Positions 27,724 to 40,051 of a stretch of DNA of 64,000 nucleotides are shown piece by piece. The first letter of the stretch is position 1, and the number at the start of each line of letters is the position of its first letter. The translations under genes and the position numbers were made by a program. This DNA is from Balamuthia mandrillaris. Taxonomy: Eukaryota. The notes beneath the pieces are model-generated. The model searched no databases. It saw nothing but the letters and a program-made list of their open reading frames with translations, and was not told the DNA's origin. The stretch spans positions 124,001-188,000 of the forward strand of contig JAVKOQ020000010.1 of the NCBI GenBank assembly GCA_031835245.2, given 5' to 3'.

Positions 27724-28293
27724 CTCTATTTTGCTGACCCACTTAGCCACCGATTCCCCCATTCCTTGCACATAAAAAAAAGCCGCCTGCCAACTTACCC
27801 ACTATTTATCCTTTTGGTTTTTGTTTTTCCTCAGTAGTAGCACTCAACTCGACCCTCCTATACCTCTTCGTCCCAATACTCACACTTTAACACTTGGTTG
27901 AAACATTTCAACCAAGTGGGAACGAAGAAAAGCTTTGAATGCGATTAAAGGGGGCAGAGTCCTTTGTGCTTAGCTATTCTATTATTTCAGTTTATTCAAA
28001 AATCCTCTTCGTCCATATTACCGTCGTTCTCTTCTCATGGAACTTCAAGACCAAACACGCCTTATGTTGCAGCACGCAGCATGCCAAAGCAGTCAAGGAT
28101 TGTTGCTTTTCTCTAGAACGCGAAAGGCATGAACTACGAATTTGCTATCGAGTGAGTGGAAGCGACGAGAACGAGAGAAGAAGTAGAGAAGTAGAGGAGA
28201 AGAAGAGCACTGCTGCGAGTAACTTACCTCTTTTGAAGGTGGTCACATGCACTTACACTTTGCCTCTTTCGTAAACATCGATGCAACCACGTT

Positions 28294-29033
28294 TTAGATG
28301 GTGCACATGCCATTTTCATCGCGCACGCCTATGACGCGCAGCATTTGGTCAGCCACAGCGGCAAAGGCTGGGTTTTGCTGGAGAGCCTCCCTCAGCCTGG
28401 CCGCTGCCTGCATGCTGCCCGCCTCCCCACCTTTGCTCAGCTCCACGCACAGCTGACGTACCGCAGGGTCCTTTAGCCCGTCCCGCACCGCCTCCGACTC
28501 TCCTACCAATGCGTGCGTCGAGTGAGAGAGGGGAAGGAGCATGTTGGGTTGAATGTGGTAGGAGCCATGTCACAATGTGAAAAGGGGAAACGGGTACCTA
28601 GACGCTCAAGTTGTGGTGTGGTGACAGTGAATATGCGGGCAAGCGCTGGAGGGTGTGGAGAGGTGCGCCTCCGGCTTGAGTACCCATGGTGGGAGGAGTC
28701 TGGGTGCTGAGAGGGACCGGGTGCCGGCCGTTCCGAGCATGGTTGTTCTACAATGTGCGAGCAGCGAGGAAGCGCGGAAAGTGAGAAGTTGCCAAAAGGT
28801 AAAAACAGAGGAAGATGATAGAACATACCTTTGTGCTTCCGAAAACACACCACAGAGCAACTTAGGAGGATCAAGCAAGCATTTAGTGCGGAGGTGAAAA
28901 GGAAGGTAGAAGTCTGCACATGAGATGGTACGTACTAGTTCAAGAAACACTTGGGGCACTTATACTTGGCCGTCCCGTTCTCGCACACTTGGCACAAAAC
29001 CCCGCCAGCGGGCTGCTGCTGCTTCTGACTCAT
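28294..29033 (-). CDS. ZNHIT3: zf-HIT protein, ZNHIT3/Hit1-like (box C/D snoRNP assembly)
   Basis: CQVCENGTAKYKCPKCFLN|YCSVVCFRKHK zinc finger. C-terminal LERL|GESEAVRDGLKDPAVRQL...NPAFAAVADQML. Confidence 0.85.
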
Positions 29034-29282
29034 CGCGCCACTACTTTTTTTTTGGGCTTGCTCAGAACTTCTTCGTGCCGTCATGAGCAAGGCAAGAACT
29101 GACGAGAAGAAATGGCAAGAGAAAAAAGGGCAGCAAAAATGTCCCTGCGCTTCCCTGCTACTTTTAGCAGGTAAAATAAATGTGGACAAGGACCATTGTC
29201 AAACCAAACCATTGCGCGTTGGTCGATTATGTAGACAATTGTGGCGGACAAAACAAATAAAAAAAAGTGCGCATAGAAGAAG

Positions 29283-30621
29283 ATGACGGAAGTGGCTGCC
29301 GCCGCCTCCGACCCGCAGAAGCGTAGCGGTGGGACTGGGGATGGGAAGGCCCCCAAGTCGTTGGGGTGGGAGGACATAAACTCCACCAAGTTCTTGTTGT
29401 GGGTCACGTTCTTTGACTTTGCGTTGGAGGGAGGTCTTAACTATCCGTGAGTAGTCGCTACTTCTACCCCCTCGCTCTCTGTTTTCGCTGTTTACTGCTA
29501 TTCTCACTGAGGATTTATCTCCTAGCCTTGACCTGGTCAAAACGCGGTTGCAGGTTCAATCTCCGGTAGGTGTCTCACTGGATCTCACTCTCCGAACAAC
29601 GTTCGCTCATCCCTCCAACTCCGGTGTTTTTTTGTTTGTTTGTGGAACAGGCGTACAAGAGCATATTGCCTCAGTACACAGGAGTCATGCACGCTATGCG
29701 CACTATTCTGAAGCAGGAGGGACCGCGTGGCCTATGGAAAGGCTTTATAGTTTCTTCGGTGGGCTATGTGCCGACTCAGCTTGCCTACTATGGCACCTAC
29801 GAGCTGGGCAAGCAAAAGCTCAAACAGCTGAAACGAGCCCTTGTGGATAAGTATCCTAACCTTAAGGCCCATTCTTCGCAACTTGGTTCGTGTTCTCTCT
29901 ACCCTGCTCTCTTTTGCTCTCGTTGCCCTCTGCTGTCGTTCTTTTTCTTCTTTGTGCTTGCTATAAGACCTAACCTTAAAAATACTCTCCCTCTCCTCTC
30001 ACATGACATAAAATCTGTTAGACGTATTGGTCACATTCACTGCTGGAGGTCTTGCTGAAGTTGGAGCGGGCTGCATTTGGGTGCCTCTGGACGTGGTTTC
30101 TCAACGGCTACAGATCCAAGGTCCATCTCGGAAGCTACAAATGTACAAAGGCGGCTTCGGTAACTTATTGTTTCTCCGGTTCTGTTGTTTATTTTTTTCT
30201 CATGCCGCAAACCTCCATAGATGCTTTTCGAAAGATCATTCAAACAGAAGGCATTCAAGGTCTCTATTATGGCTACGGAGCTTCTATGTTGTCCTACGTC
30301 CCCGCATCAGCTGTATCGTGGGCGACATACGAGCTGGTCAAACAAAAACTTTACAAGTATCACGTGGATCGCGTGCCCGCATATCTAAAGAGCAAGTTGC
30401 CGTTCTCTCGTCTCTCTGCCGCTCCACCTCCTGCTTCTTCTTCTTCTTCGGCCACTCCTTTGCCAACTCCAACAACAGCTGCTGCCGAGATATCCACAGT
30501 GCCAACACAACAAAAGAAAGTGAAACCCAAAGAAAGCCACTTGGTCAACTTCATTGCTGGCATAACAGCCGGCATTCTCTCTTCCGTAGTCACCAATCCG
30601 CTTGATGTTGCCAAGGTTTCT

Positions 30622-30665
<44 letters not shown>

Positions 30666-31075
30666 TTATCGCATTCTCCTCCTCCTTGGTTGTTTCTTAC
30701 GTTTGGTTTTTACAGACTCGCCTACAAGTGGATACATTCTTGCAGCAACACACACTACGGTCAGAGCCACCGATCCATCATACGCTCTCCCAATCAGAGG
30801 TCAACAAAGGCACAAAGATAGTACGGCGGAAGTACAAAGGCACCCTCTCCGCCCTCAAGTTGATGGTGCGGGAGGAGGGCATCCGCTCTTTGGGCAAAGG
30901 GCTCATGGCGCGCATCCTTTTCTACTCCCCTATATCCGGTTTGGCCTACAGCGTTTACGAGCTCTCCAAAATGTTGAGCAAAAACCCTCCTCCTCCTTCT
31001 CCTCCTGCTGCCCCTCTCTCAACCCTCTCTCCTTCCTCCTCTGTTGATCATTTGGATACCAACACAAGTTCTTGA
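29283..31075 (+). CDS. Mitochondrial carrier (SLC25 family, SLC25A44-like)
   Basis: Three PxD/ExxK/R repeats: YPLDLVKTRLQ, VPLDVVSQRLQ, NPLDVAK|TRLQ. Also EGPRGLWKG, EGIQGLYYG and EGIRSLGKG. Confidence 0.92.
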
Positions 31076-31249
31076 TGAACCATTTATCATTCTTCCCTCT
31101 CTTCCTCTCTCTCTCTCTCTCTCTCTCTCGCCAGCTTTACGGCAAACTCTTGGCGTTCACTGAACTGAAAACCGCGCTGCAGTCCATTCGCAAAAGAGAA
31201 AGCAAAGAAAAGTAATCTCTCTTGCTGAGAAAGCAAAGAAGAGTTGGCC

Positions 31250-32107
31250 ATGCAAGCAGTGGGGCATGGAGGTGGCAAGGGTGAATGGCAGGAACGGATC
31301 ATCTTCGACCCGGGCCGTTATCCCAAACAAAAGGACGCAGCGGCAGCATTGGAGAGGTTCCTAGTGGAGTACCCTCCTTCACGCACCTCCAACCAAAGGG
31401 CAGGTTAGTTACAGGGATTCCTAAGAGAAGCGGTAGCGGTGTTTAATCTTATCACGCCCATCGGATGATCGCTAGCATGGGTGCAGGTACATGCCAGAGG
31501 TCACCTCAAAGCAAAGATGAACGTGGAGCAAGATGTGGAGGGGGCGGTCTCGGAGTGGCGGCGGCTCGTGCAGAGCGGCAAGGAGGCCTTGTCGGTGGAG
31601 ACGACCAGCCGTTTGGCCAAAAAGTACAACGTGCTGGTGGGCAAGTGGCTCCTGTTCCCTCCTCCCGCCGCAGTTGATTCGCTTTGGGCCATGGTTGGTG
31701 TCTGTTTGTCGTCTTGTGGCTGGTCTCTCATCCCATGCCTTTTTGATTGGTTTGTGACACAGATAGCAAGAGGGACAGTGGAAGGCAGCCTTGGATCATG
31801 TAGTGCCAAAGTGAGCACTGTCCCCAACAACAGCAACAGCAACAACAACGAAGAAGACAGCAACAAAAACTTTGTGATGTGTGTCTACACGCATGACTTC
31901 ACGGACCACGCCCATGTGCTGCAGGTCCGGCAAGCCCTCCACGAGATCCTGCAAGATCTCTGTGCAGCCGCCGGTTGCGAGAAGAAGCGAGGCCGCGCGA
32001 CCTGCGCTCACAAGGCTAAGCTTCCCTACAAGCCGGACATCCACACCTACCTCAACATCTACAAGAACAACGCGTGGGGCATCCCTCCCGCCCTCTTCTA
32101 CCGCTGA
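31250..32107 (+). CDS. BLES03/C11orf68 (DUF1917)-like protein
   Basis: FLVEYPPSR, LAKKYNVLVGKWLLF, SAKVS, VMCVYTHDFTD and YKPDIHTYLNIY..N.WGIPP match my recollection of this family. Two introns. Confidence 0.8.
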
Positions 32108-32297
32108 AAATTAAAAAAACCAAACACGCTCGATTCGAACCTGCGGCACGGTCGACAGTATATCTGATCTGTCATGGGTCGTCCCGAGAGAGCCCGTAAC
32201 TCTTGTTTTTTGTAGACATGTAAACAGAAACAAATAAAAAGGAAGCACACCACTGGGCCCTTCATCCTGCCTGCCTGGCCTGCCTGGTGCTGCCGTA

Positions 32298-32958
32298 ATG
32301 AACCAACCTTCGGAGGAATATCGACATGTTTGGCTGGTGGGCGCCTCCTCTGGCATAGGGGAAGCGCTTGCCAAGCAGCTGTTTCGCTCGGGGCTGCCAT
32401 CCAGGAAACACGGCCGCAAGGTCAGGCTATCCCTCAGCGCGAGGAGGGAGGAGGTGCTGGCTCGTTTGGTCAAGGACTTGGTGGCTGAGAGCGACGACCT
32501 CACGTCGGCCAGGAGCAGCGGCAGGGTGGGCTATGCCCCCATGGACAGCACCAAGGAGGAGGAAGTGAGGCAGGCCCATAGCCTCATCGTCAAGGAGCGA
32601 GGTCCCGTGGACGTGCTCATCTACTGCACTGGCATCAACAATGGGGACCGCCTAATACGGGACATGAGCATGGAGCAGGTGCGGCATATTGTCGATACCA
32701 ACTTCACTGGTTTGATGTGGTGTACGCTGTTGGTGCTGCCGGACATGAGAGCCAAGGCACACGGCCATATCGTTGGCATCAACTCGCTGGCGAGCAGACG
32801 AGCCGTGCCCAAGACTGGCGTTTATGGCTCCACCAAAGCCGCCATGACGCTGTTCCTCGATACCCTGCGCATTGAGGAGGGGCACCATGGTATCCATGTC
32901 ACCGATGTGCTGCCTGGCTTCGTGGTTTGCATTCCCTCTTCTCTTTTCTCACTCCTCT

Positions 32959-33004
<46 letters not shown>

Positions 33005-33239
33005 GTGACAAAAGCGCACCCACATACAGGATACACCAGCCATAGAAACACTCGACCACCCAAAGCCATTTATGATAACTTCGGAGCAAGCGGCCTCCAT
33101 CATCCTTAGGGGCGTGGCCCAACGGAAGCGCACGGTGGGCTTCCCTTGGCTCATCGATTGGCTGACATGGCTGAGCATGCTCTTTGTCCCCTTTTTCATT
33201 TGGGCCTTTCTCTTCCGCCGTGTGTTGGCCTTGTGTTGA
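32298..33239 (+). CDS. Short-chain dehydrogenase/reductase
   Basis: GASSGIG cofactor motif, YGSTK catalytic YxxxK, VLPGFV|DT, hydrophobic C-terminus. One intron. Confidence 0.93.
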
Positions 33240-33469
33240 GTGCATAACAACCAAAAAAATAACAACCCAAAAACGTGGTGCTACCGGTTGTTCAGCAGGA
33301 GAAAAGTTGGCCTGCCAAGAGTTCTGTGAAGTGTTGGTGCGCAACAACTCCGTTCCATCACGATGCTTTGGTGGTCCGCAGAAATATATAACCGTCGCGC
33401 TATATTGCAACGAAAAGAAACGAAAAGAACAAGGCTCAAAGCTGCAGCGCATAAGAAAACATTGAAAGC

Positions 33470-35052
33470 ATGGAAAAGTCCTTTTCGTCGTTGGACTTGC
33501 ACGACTCCGTGTCTTCCTCGGATGAGGACTTGGGCGTGGACGTGCCCTTCCTAGAGGACACCGATGAGGCCGCCGGTGCCGTTACACCTCCTGTCCGTTC
33601 CGACGACGAAGAGAACGAGGACGGAGGGTCCTCTTCTTCTTCTTCGGTGGATCCGCGCTCTGCCTACAAGACAAACTATGAGATCGACCCGAAGGATCTC
33701 AAGCTGGACAACTTGATCGGAAGCGGCGCCTACGGCAAGGTTTACCGCGGCAAACTGCACGGCAAAGACGTTGCCATCAAGAAGCTCACCACCAAATTCT
33801 TGGACGAGAAGGCCCTCTCCAACTTTCTCAAAGAGGTCGACATCTTATGGTAACAGCTTTCTCCCTTCTTCTTCTTTCTCATCCTCTCTCTCATCCATTT
33901 TTTTTAAAACAAATCTAGCTCGCTGAGACACCCGAACGTAATTCTGTTCATGGGAGCGTGCACCACTCCCGGCAACTTGACCATCATAACGGAGCTGATG
34001 CCAAGGGGCAGCGTCTCTGACCTGTTGAAGAGCAAAGACGTGAACCTGACCTTCAAGAACAAAATGAAGCTGGCCAAGGACGCCGCCCTTGGCATGAACG
34101 CCTTGCACAACAAGAAGCCGCCTATCCTTCACCTTGACCTCAAGAGCGCCAACATTCTTGTAGATGAGAACTGGGAAGGCAAAGTTGCTGACTTTGGTAT
34201 ATATATTTCTTGTTCTTCTTGGTCTTCTTCTTCTTCTTGTTCTTGTTCTTCTTCTTCTTCTTGTTCTTCTTCTTCTTGTTCTTCTTCTTCTTCTTCTTCT
34301 TCTTCTTCTTCTTCTTCTTCTTCATTACTCGCTTTCTTATTTCTGTGTTTTACATATGCTCTTCGTCCGTTTTGTTGCTCGTTGCGGTAACAGGTCTTTC
34401 AAAGGTATGTTTTCTATTTTCCAACCAACGTAGTGTGCTCCTTTCTTCTTGGTTCTGACTCTTTTCTCTCTGTCTCTCTCTGTCTCTCTGTCTCTCTCTG
34501 CTTGGCATTCATAGATCAACCTCACGGGGACGAACAGAGGACTGCTGGGCTCGCCCGTCTACATGTCGCCAGAGATGTTGCTGAACCTGGAGTACGATGA
34601 GAAGACGGACATCTACTCTTTCGGCATGGTGCTCTACGAGATGCTCTCCGGGGAGGAGCCCTTCAAGGGCCAGTTCTCCGACATGACGGAGCTCATCAAC
34701 GGCGTGGTGAAGCAGAACCAACGGCCAGAGTTGCCGCCCTGCCCTCGCCGCCTGGCCAAGCTCATTCAGTCCTGTTGGGATACGGTGCCCTCCAAGCGGC
34801 CTTCCTTTGAGGACATGCTGACCTCCAAAGTGTTCGACAAGGTTATCGTGGAGGCCCTCCTGACCGACAAGAGGGGCGCTGCCCTTTGGCAAAAGAACTT
34901 TTTGGGACAGGACGCCGCGCCGTGGGCCAAGTTCCAAAAGGCCTATTACAAGTACTTTAACCTCTCGCCCAAGATTGTGGACACCAAAGGCGAGACCAAG
35001 ATACAGTGTCTCAAAATTCTTATTGGTTTGTGTTCCCTCCCTCCCTCCCTTC

Positions 35053-35089
<37 letters not shown>

Positions 35090-35646
35090 GTGTGTTAGGG
35101 GAGAAAGCTAAAAATGGTGCGAACACATCAGCGGACAACGAGACCGAAACGGTGACCATAGAAAACTTTGCCCGTGCGCTGGAGTGCTTTGGCCCAATGG
35201 AGAACCTCGCGTGGTTGGACAAGCTTGGCGAGATTCTTTCCAAACCGTATGCCTTCTGCTTGTCCTTCTGCTTTTTTGTTTCTTAGTCTCATGCTCACTC
35301 TCTTTCCAACAGTTGGTTCTACGGAGACATTAACACAAAGGAGGCGGAGGTGCTGTTGGCAGCGAAGAAGCCAGGAAGCTATATCGTGCGGTTCAGCAGC
35401 GATCCAGGCAGTTTCACCATCTCCTGCAAGAACAAACAGAGCGAGTTGGCGCATTATCGCATCAAACACAAGGCTGGCCTCAAGTTCTTGCTCGGCAATG
35501 CTGAGTTTGATAGTTTGGAGGCGGTTATCAAGCATCACAGGAAGAAGCTGTACCTCAGAAAGGCTGTCGGTGGCTCCAAGTACGAGTTCCTCTTCTCCAA
35601 AGGTCCGCTGCGGGATGTCATCAGTGCCTACGAATCACAACAATAG
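33470..35646 (+). CDS. TKL kinase with C-terminal SH2 domain (Dictyostelium Shk-type)
   Basis: IGSGAYGKV, VAIKK, HLDLKSANIL, DFG|LSK, GSPVYMSPE. SH2: WFYGDINTKEAEVLL...GSYIVRFS...HYRI. Confidence 0.92.
34207..34323. repeat. (TTC)n intronic repeat
   Basis: Lies in the Shk kinase intron preceding the micro-exon. Confidence 0.9.
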
Positions 35647-35755
35647 ACAAACGAGAAGGAAGAACGGGCGAATAAAGGGAGGTGGTGCGTATTATGCGTA
35701 CAAACGGTGCAATTGCCTTCGTTGTATTAGAATTGGAAATCAAAGAAAAAAGAAA

Positions 35756-35987
35756 TCAGTCCAGGTTCTTGCAATACTTGCGAGCGTCAAGATCCTCTGG
35801 CTTCATGTTTTTGAGGGAGGTTCTCCCGAGGGGACCCTCGGAGGCGTTTCGGCCGTTTTGGGGGCCTGGTTTGGGCATTTCGCCGTTCTTCAACTTCTCC
35901 AACATAGCTATCGTCGTTTCTGGTGTTAAATCCTCCTGGGGTTGGGTTTTCAGTTCAAAGAAGTCACTCCTTTGCGCTAAGAGCGCC

Positions 35988-36035
<48 letters not shown>

Positions 36036-36190
36036 AACGTACATAGTAGTAGTCTCCAATTTGAAGCATAGGAGCGTTTACACAAGCTCCCAAACACTCC
36101 ACTTCCGTCAGAGTAAACAGACCATCATTCGTGGTTTCTACACGACGAGGCGAGAAGAAAAGGTTAGGGGAGGGAGGGAGAGAGAGAGAG

Positions 36191-36230
<40 letters not shown>

Positions 36231-36959
36231 TTAACAAACCTCCAGGCTCAATTTTCAAATGGCTTTTAATGGTTTCGAGGATCTTGGTGGAGCCGCAGCC
36301 ACCAAGCATACAGGGTGTGGTCGTACAAAGCTGGAGGTGGTATTTGCCAACTTTGGTTTTGTTGAACATAGTGTAAAACGTAGCCACTACAAAGAAGAAA
36401 GAGGAGAGCAGAAACATCAAACCAAAGTGAGATTCGACTCCTGTTTGAAAAAAATAAAATAAAAGCATACCTTCATAGACTTCCATGTTGGAGACGCCCA
36501 AGATGGTGGCCACTTTGTGCATGGCGGCGAGGGGCAACCACCCGCCGTGCTGTCGTTGTGCGAGGTCGAGGAGCGGGGAGATGGCGGACTTTTTGTAGTT
36601 GGGCGGGTATTTGGCCATGATGGCTTTGGCCTTTTGGTAGTTCTCCTCCGTGAACTCAAAGGGAGTGTTCTCGTTGTTGTCCGGCGTGTCTCGGTGCTGT
36701 TGCCAGTGGCCAGAAAAAACAATAAGCAAGACAGCCGCCAAAAAGAGGAAACATCAACGAAGAAGAGAGAGAGAAGCAGTACCTGAGGCGCGCCGCCTTC
36801 GGAGCGAGAGAAAGCGGAGGCATGAAAAGCGCGCTGGCCGGTGCTCTGGCGTCCAATCCATGAAGCCCGTGACAGCACGCCACCACTCTTCCTCACTTGA
36901 CACAACGGGCCTTGTCGCAAGCCCGCACGTAGCACCAACGATGACGTCCCCTTCAACAT
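35756..36959 (-). CDS. NDUFV2: NADH:ubiquinone oxidoreductase 24 kDa subunit
   Basis: Arg/Ser-rich presequence; [39 protein letters not shown] and [11 protein letters not shown] (2Fe-2S ligands). Confidence 0.97.
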
Positions 36960-37304
36960 CTCTCTCTCTCGCTTCTCTCTTTTTTTATTTGGTTTTGCGG
37001 CAGAGCGTGCGCACCATCATCCTCATAGGCGATTATTCGTCGACAACAGAATCTTCGCACGAAGAAAATCAAAACCCCATTTTTTTTTTGGTTTGAGGAG
37101 AGAGAAAAAAAGGGTAGCGAAAGGCAGATCTATCCCCCCACAAAAGGTAGCACCTCCCCACCTTCCCCTTCCCTTCCCGTCCCTTGTCCTACCGACCGAC
37201 GCGCTTATTTCGCTTTTGTTCTTACTTACCATCGTCCTTCTCTACGCTCTCTGGATTTTATTTTATTTTTTTGCAGGCAAACCACACAAAAAAAAAAGCA
37301 AACA

Positions 37305-37851
37305 ATGAATCCCGAACAAGTGAAGAAGCAGTTGTCCAACATGGAGAGCTTCATCCTGAAGGAGGCTCAGGAGAAGAAGGAGGAAATCGAGGCGAAGGCC
37401 GAGGAGGAGTTTACCATTGAGAAGACCAGGCTGGTGCAAGCCGAGAAGCTCAAGATCAGGAAGGAGTACGAGAGGAAGGAGAAGCAAGTCGTGGTGCAAC
37501 AAAAAATGTACGCATCCTCTCTTTATGATTGATCTGTATTTCCTAAATCTTTGTTCATCGTCAACTTTATTTATTGTCACTGGCGGCGACCTCTCACTCA
37601 CTTGTTCCTAATGTTTAGCACGTACTCTAACCAGCTGAATCAAGCCCGCTTGAGAGTGTTGTCCGCGAGGGACGACGTCATCAAAGCGCTTCAGGCCAAG
37701 GCCCAACAAGCCCTCGTGGAGCTTGGTCGCCCTGGCGAAAAGTACAAGCAACTTTTGCAGAAACTCATCTTGCAGGTATCCTTTTTCTTCCTCTCGCTTA
37801 CTTTATCTTACTCACACTCTCATACTCTTATCTCATTCCTCACTCACTCAC

Positions 37852-37885
<34 letters not shown>

Positions 37886-38348
37886 TACATCTATCTAATC
37901 GCGTATTCATCTTTCCCGATAAATTTTAAACACTAAAGGCTCTGTTGAGATTGATGGAACCTCAAGTAAGCTTGAGGTGCCGTAAGGAAGACGAAGACAT
38001 GGTTAAAGGAGTGATGGGTGCTGCTGTGCAGGAGTACAAACAAAAGACGGGCAAGACTTGTGAGCTCTCTATCGACACGAAGCACTACCTTCCTCCGGCC
38101 CCTCAGCCCGGCAAGGAGAACAAACACTTTTGGTGCGTAAAACTTCCTTTGTTGCACTCAATATACAATATTTTATCTTTATTCAACCAGGATAAAATCA
38201 ACACTAACTTGCGAACACAATGAACAGCTGCGGAGGAGTGGTTCTAAGTTCTAAGGGAGGCAAAATCATGTGCGACAACACGTTGGATCAGCGCTTGATG
38301 CTCGCTTTCGAGGCTAAAATCCCCGAGATAAGGAAGACTGTCTTCTAA
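37305..38348 (+). CDS. ATP6V1E: V-type ATPase subunit E
   Basis: FILKEAQEKKEEI.AKAEEEFTIEK, SNQLNQARLRVL, CGGVVL...IMCDNTLDQRL...PEIRKTVF*. Confidence 0.96.
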
Positions 38349-38427
38349 AACACCAAATAACTCCTTCGTCTTTTCCTCCTATTTTTTTTCTTTAACACGC
38401 CTTTTTGTTTCACCATCTTTTCTTTTT

Positions 38428-39472
38428 TCACGTCTCTATCACTTCTTGTCTTGCTCTTTCCTTACCGTCACCGTCACCTTCACCATTATCCTTGTTGCGC
38501 TCTTCTCCCTCCTCTCTCTCTTTCTTTGCAGCACAGTCAGGCGGCACTCGTAAGCGCATCAACGGGGCGACCATGCTCAACCACGCCACCATATAGTTGC
38601 TCTTCTTGCTGTCGGGACTGCTTGATGGCGACGAAGGGTCCTTCTTAAACAACGCGGCCATCACGAGGGAGGTCTGGCATGGATGCACCTCGAAGAACAG
38701 CCCACTCCCTTCTATCGGATGCTCCTTCACAAAAAAAAAAAAAAGCAGAGAGACCATCCCGTTGGTATTGCTGAGGACACATTTTGGGTGGGAGTGTAGG
38801 AGTTGAGGCAATGGGTACCTGCTGCGAGATCAAAGACCACCACGTATTGCGGGGGTCTCTATGTATGTCCTCCTTCTCCTCTGCGTGGTGCTGATTGTTG
38901 GAGGGATGTACTGTTGGGCCTAGCAAGTCGCTCCACACCTCTTCTTGTAGCAACGGCTCGCCGTCTGTCTTGGAAGAGTGAGGTAAAGATAGGAGTGAGA
39001 AGGAAAAGAGAAGAGAACGAAGAAGAGAAGAGAAGAGAAGAGACCTAAACGGTGAGCACGAAAGTAGAGAACAGGCACACGGTAGGTGGTACTGTAGAGG
39101 ATGTGGTAGTGGTAGACATGGGTTTCGGTATTGGTGGCGGCCGCAGAGAGGCTGCTGGGGTCCACCACCTCCTTAACAGACCAACCCTCCTCTTCCTCTG
39201 CTTCTACTTCAGGTTGGGCATCATCACTGGAGGATGGTGTCGGTGGTATCTCTACGACAAGAGGAACGTTCTCTTTAACCAAGTATCGAAAACCAGCCCT
39301 GTGCTAACCAAAGCCCTCCAACACCAAAGAGAGAGATTAGACTCCTCCCACAAAACCTCTGCTCAAAACACCACCGGTACCATACCGGCTCCAGTGGATC
39401 ATGCCGCCACAGCCACTGGTCAGTGCGGACCAGTGCGGCCCCCTCCGACACAAACGCTTCCCAGCTCAGCAT
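38428..39472 (-). CDS. ATG10: Autophagy E2-like enzyme ATG10
   Basis: YHYHILYSTTYRVPVLYF, ISQQ|EHP...FFEVHPCQT (catalytic Cys), NYMVAWLSMV. Confidence 0.9.
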
Positions 39473-39502
39473 TGGCCTTCGCGGTTTCTTTCTTCTTTCC
39501 CT

Positions 39503-39516
39503 TTCGGGTCGACATG
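39503..39516 (-). promoter_or_regulatory. CATGTCGACccGAA motif upstream of ATG10
   Basis: Recurrent intergenic motif, about 35 nt before the ATG. Confidence 0.5.
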
Positions 39517-40051
39517 TAACAAAACAGCTCTTCCCGCTCAGCCAATTAGGGGAAGCAATGAGGTGTGTTTCACTTTCAGCCTTTTGCACAAAAGGAAGGA
39601 AGAACGCGGGGATGGTTTTGCCGCTTTGATCTGCCATCCAGAAAAAGAGAGACCCTTGATTGTTTAATTTTTGAGCGGAATGAATGAGATGACCAACCCG
39701 TGTTGGCGGTTCTGTACTTTTCGAAGCCAGCTGCGCGAGATCGCTGTTGTTTTTTGTTAAATTTGTAGTTGCGGTATGATTTCGTTCCAGTAATTCCAAA
39801 CCAAAGGGCGAAGGAAGAGGCACCGCATTCTCCAATCACATCCGGTAAGGGAGCGGTACAATCCGTCCCGCGGTTGTTGTGTTTTACTGCTGACCAAACG
39901 AAACGTTCCTCCACTCCAACAAAAAATAAAATATTGTACAACCCAAAGAAAGTCTTTGAAGGCTGCCTGCTTTGTTGTTGTTTGGTTCTCACTTGAACAA
40001 AGAGCGGAACTTTTTCGTGACGAAACAAGGAAAGAAAAAGGTTGACGGACG

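Noticed and set aside
27939..28274. 111-aa ORF between SUMO and ZNHIT3
   Set aside because: No motif; it lies in the convergent 3' region and overlaps an intron-like tract on the other strand.
32125..32200. Genuine tRNA gene
   Set aside because: Only the B-box/T-loop matches; the cloverleaf cannot be closed. Kept only as a low-score finding.
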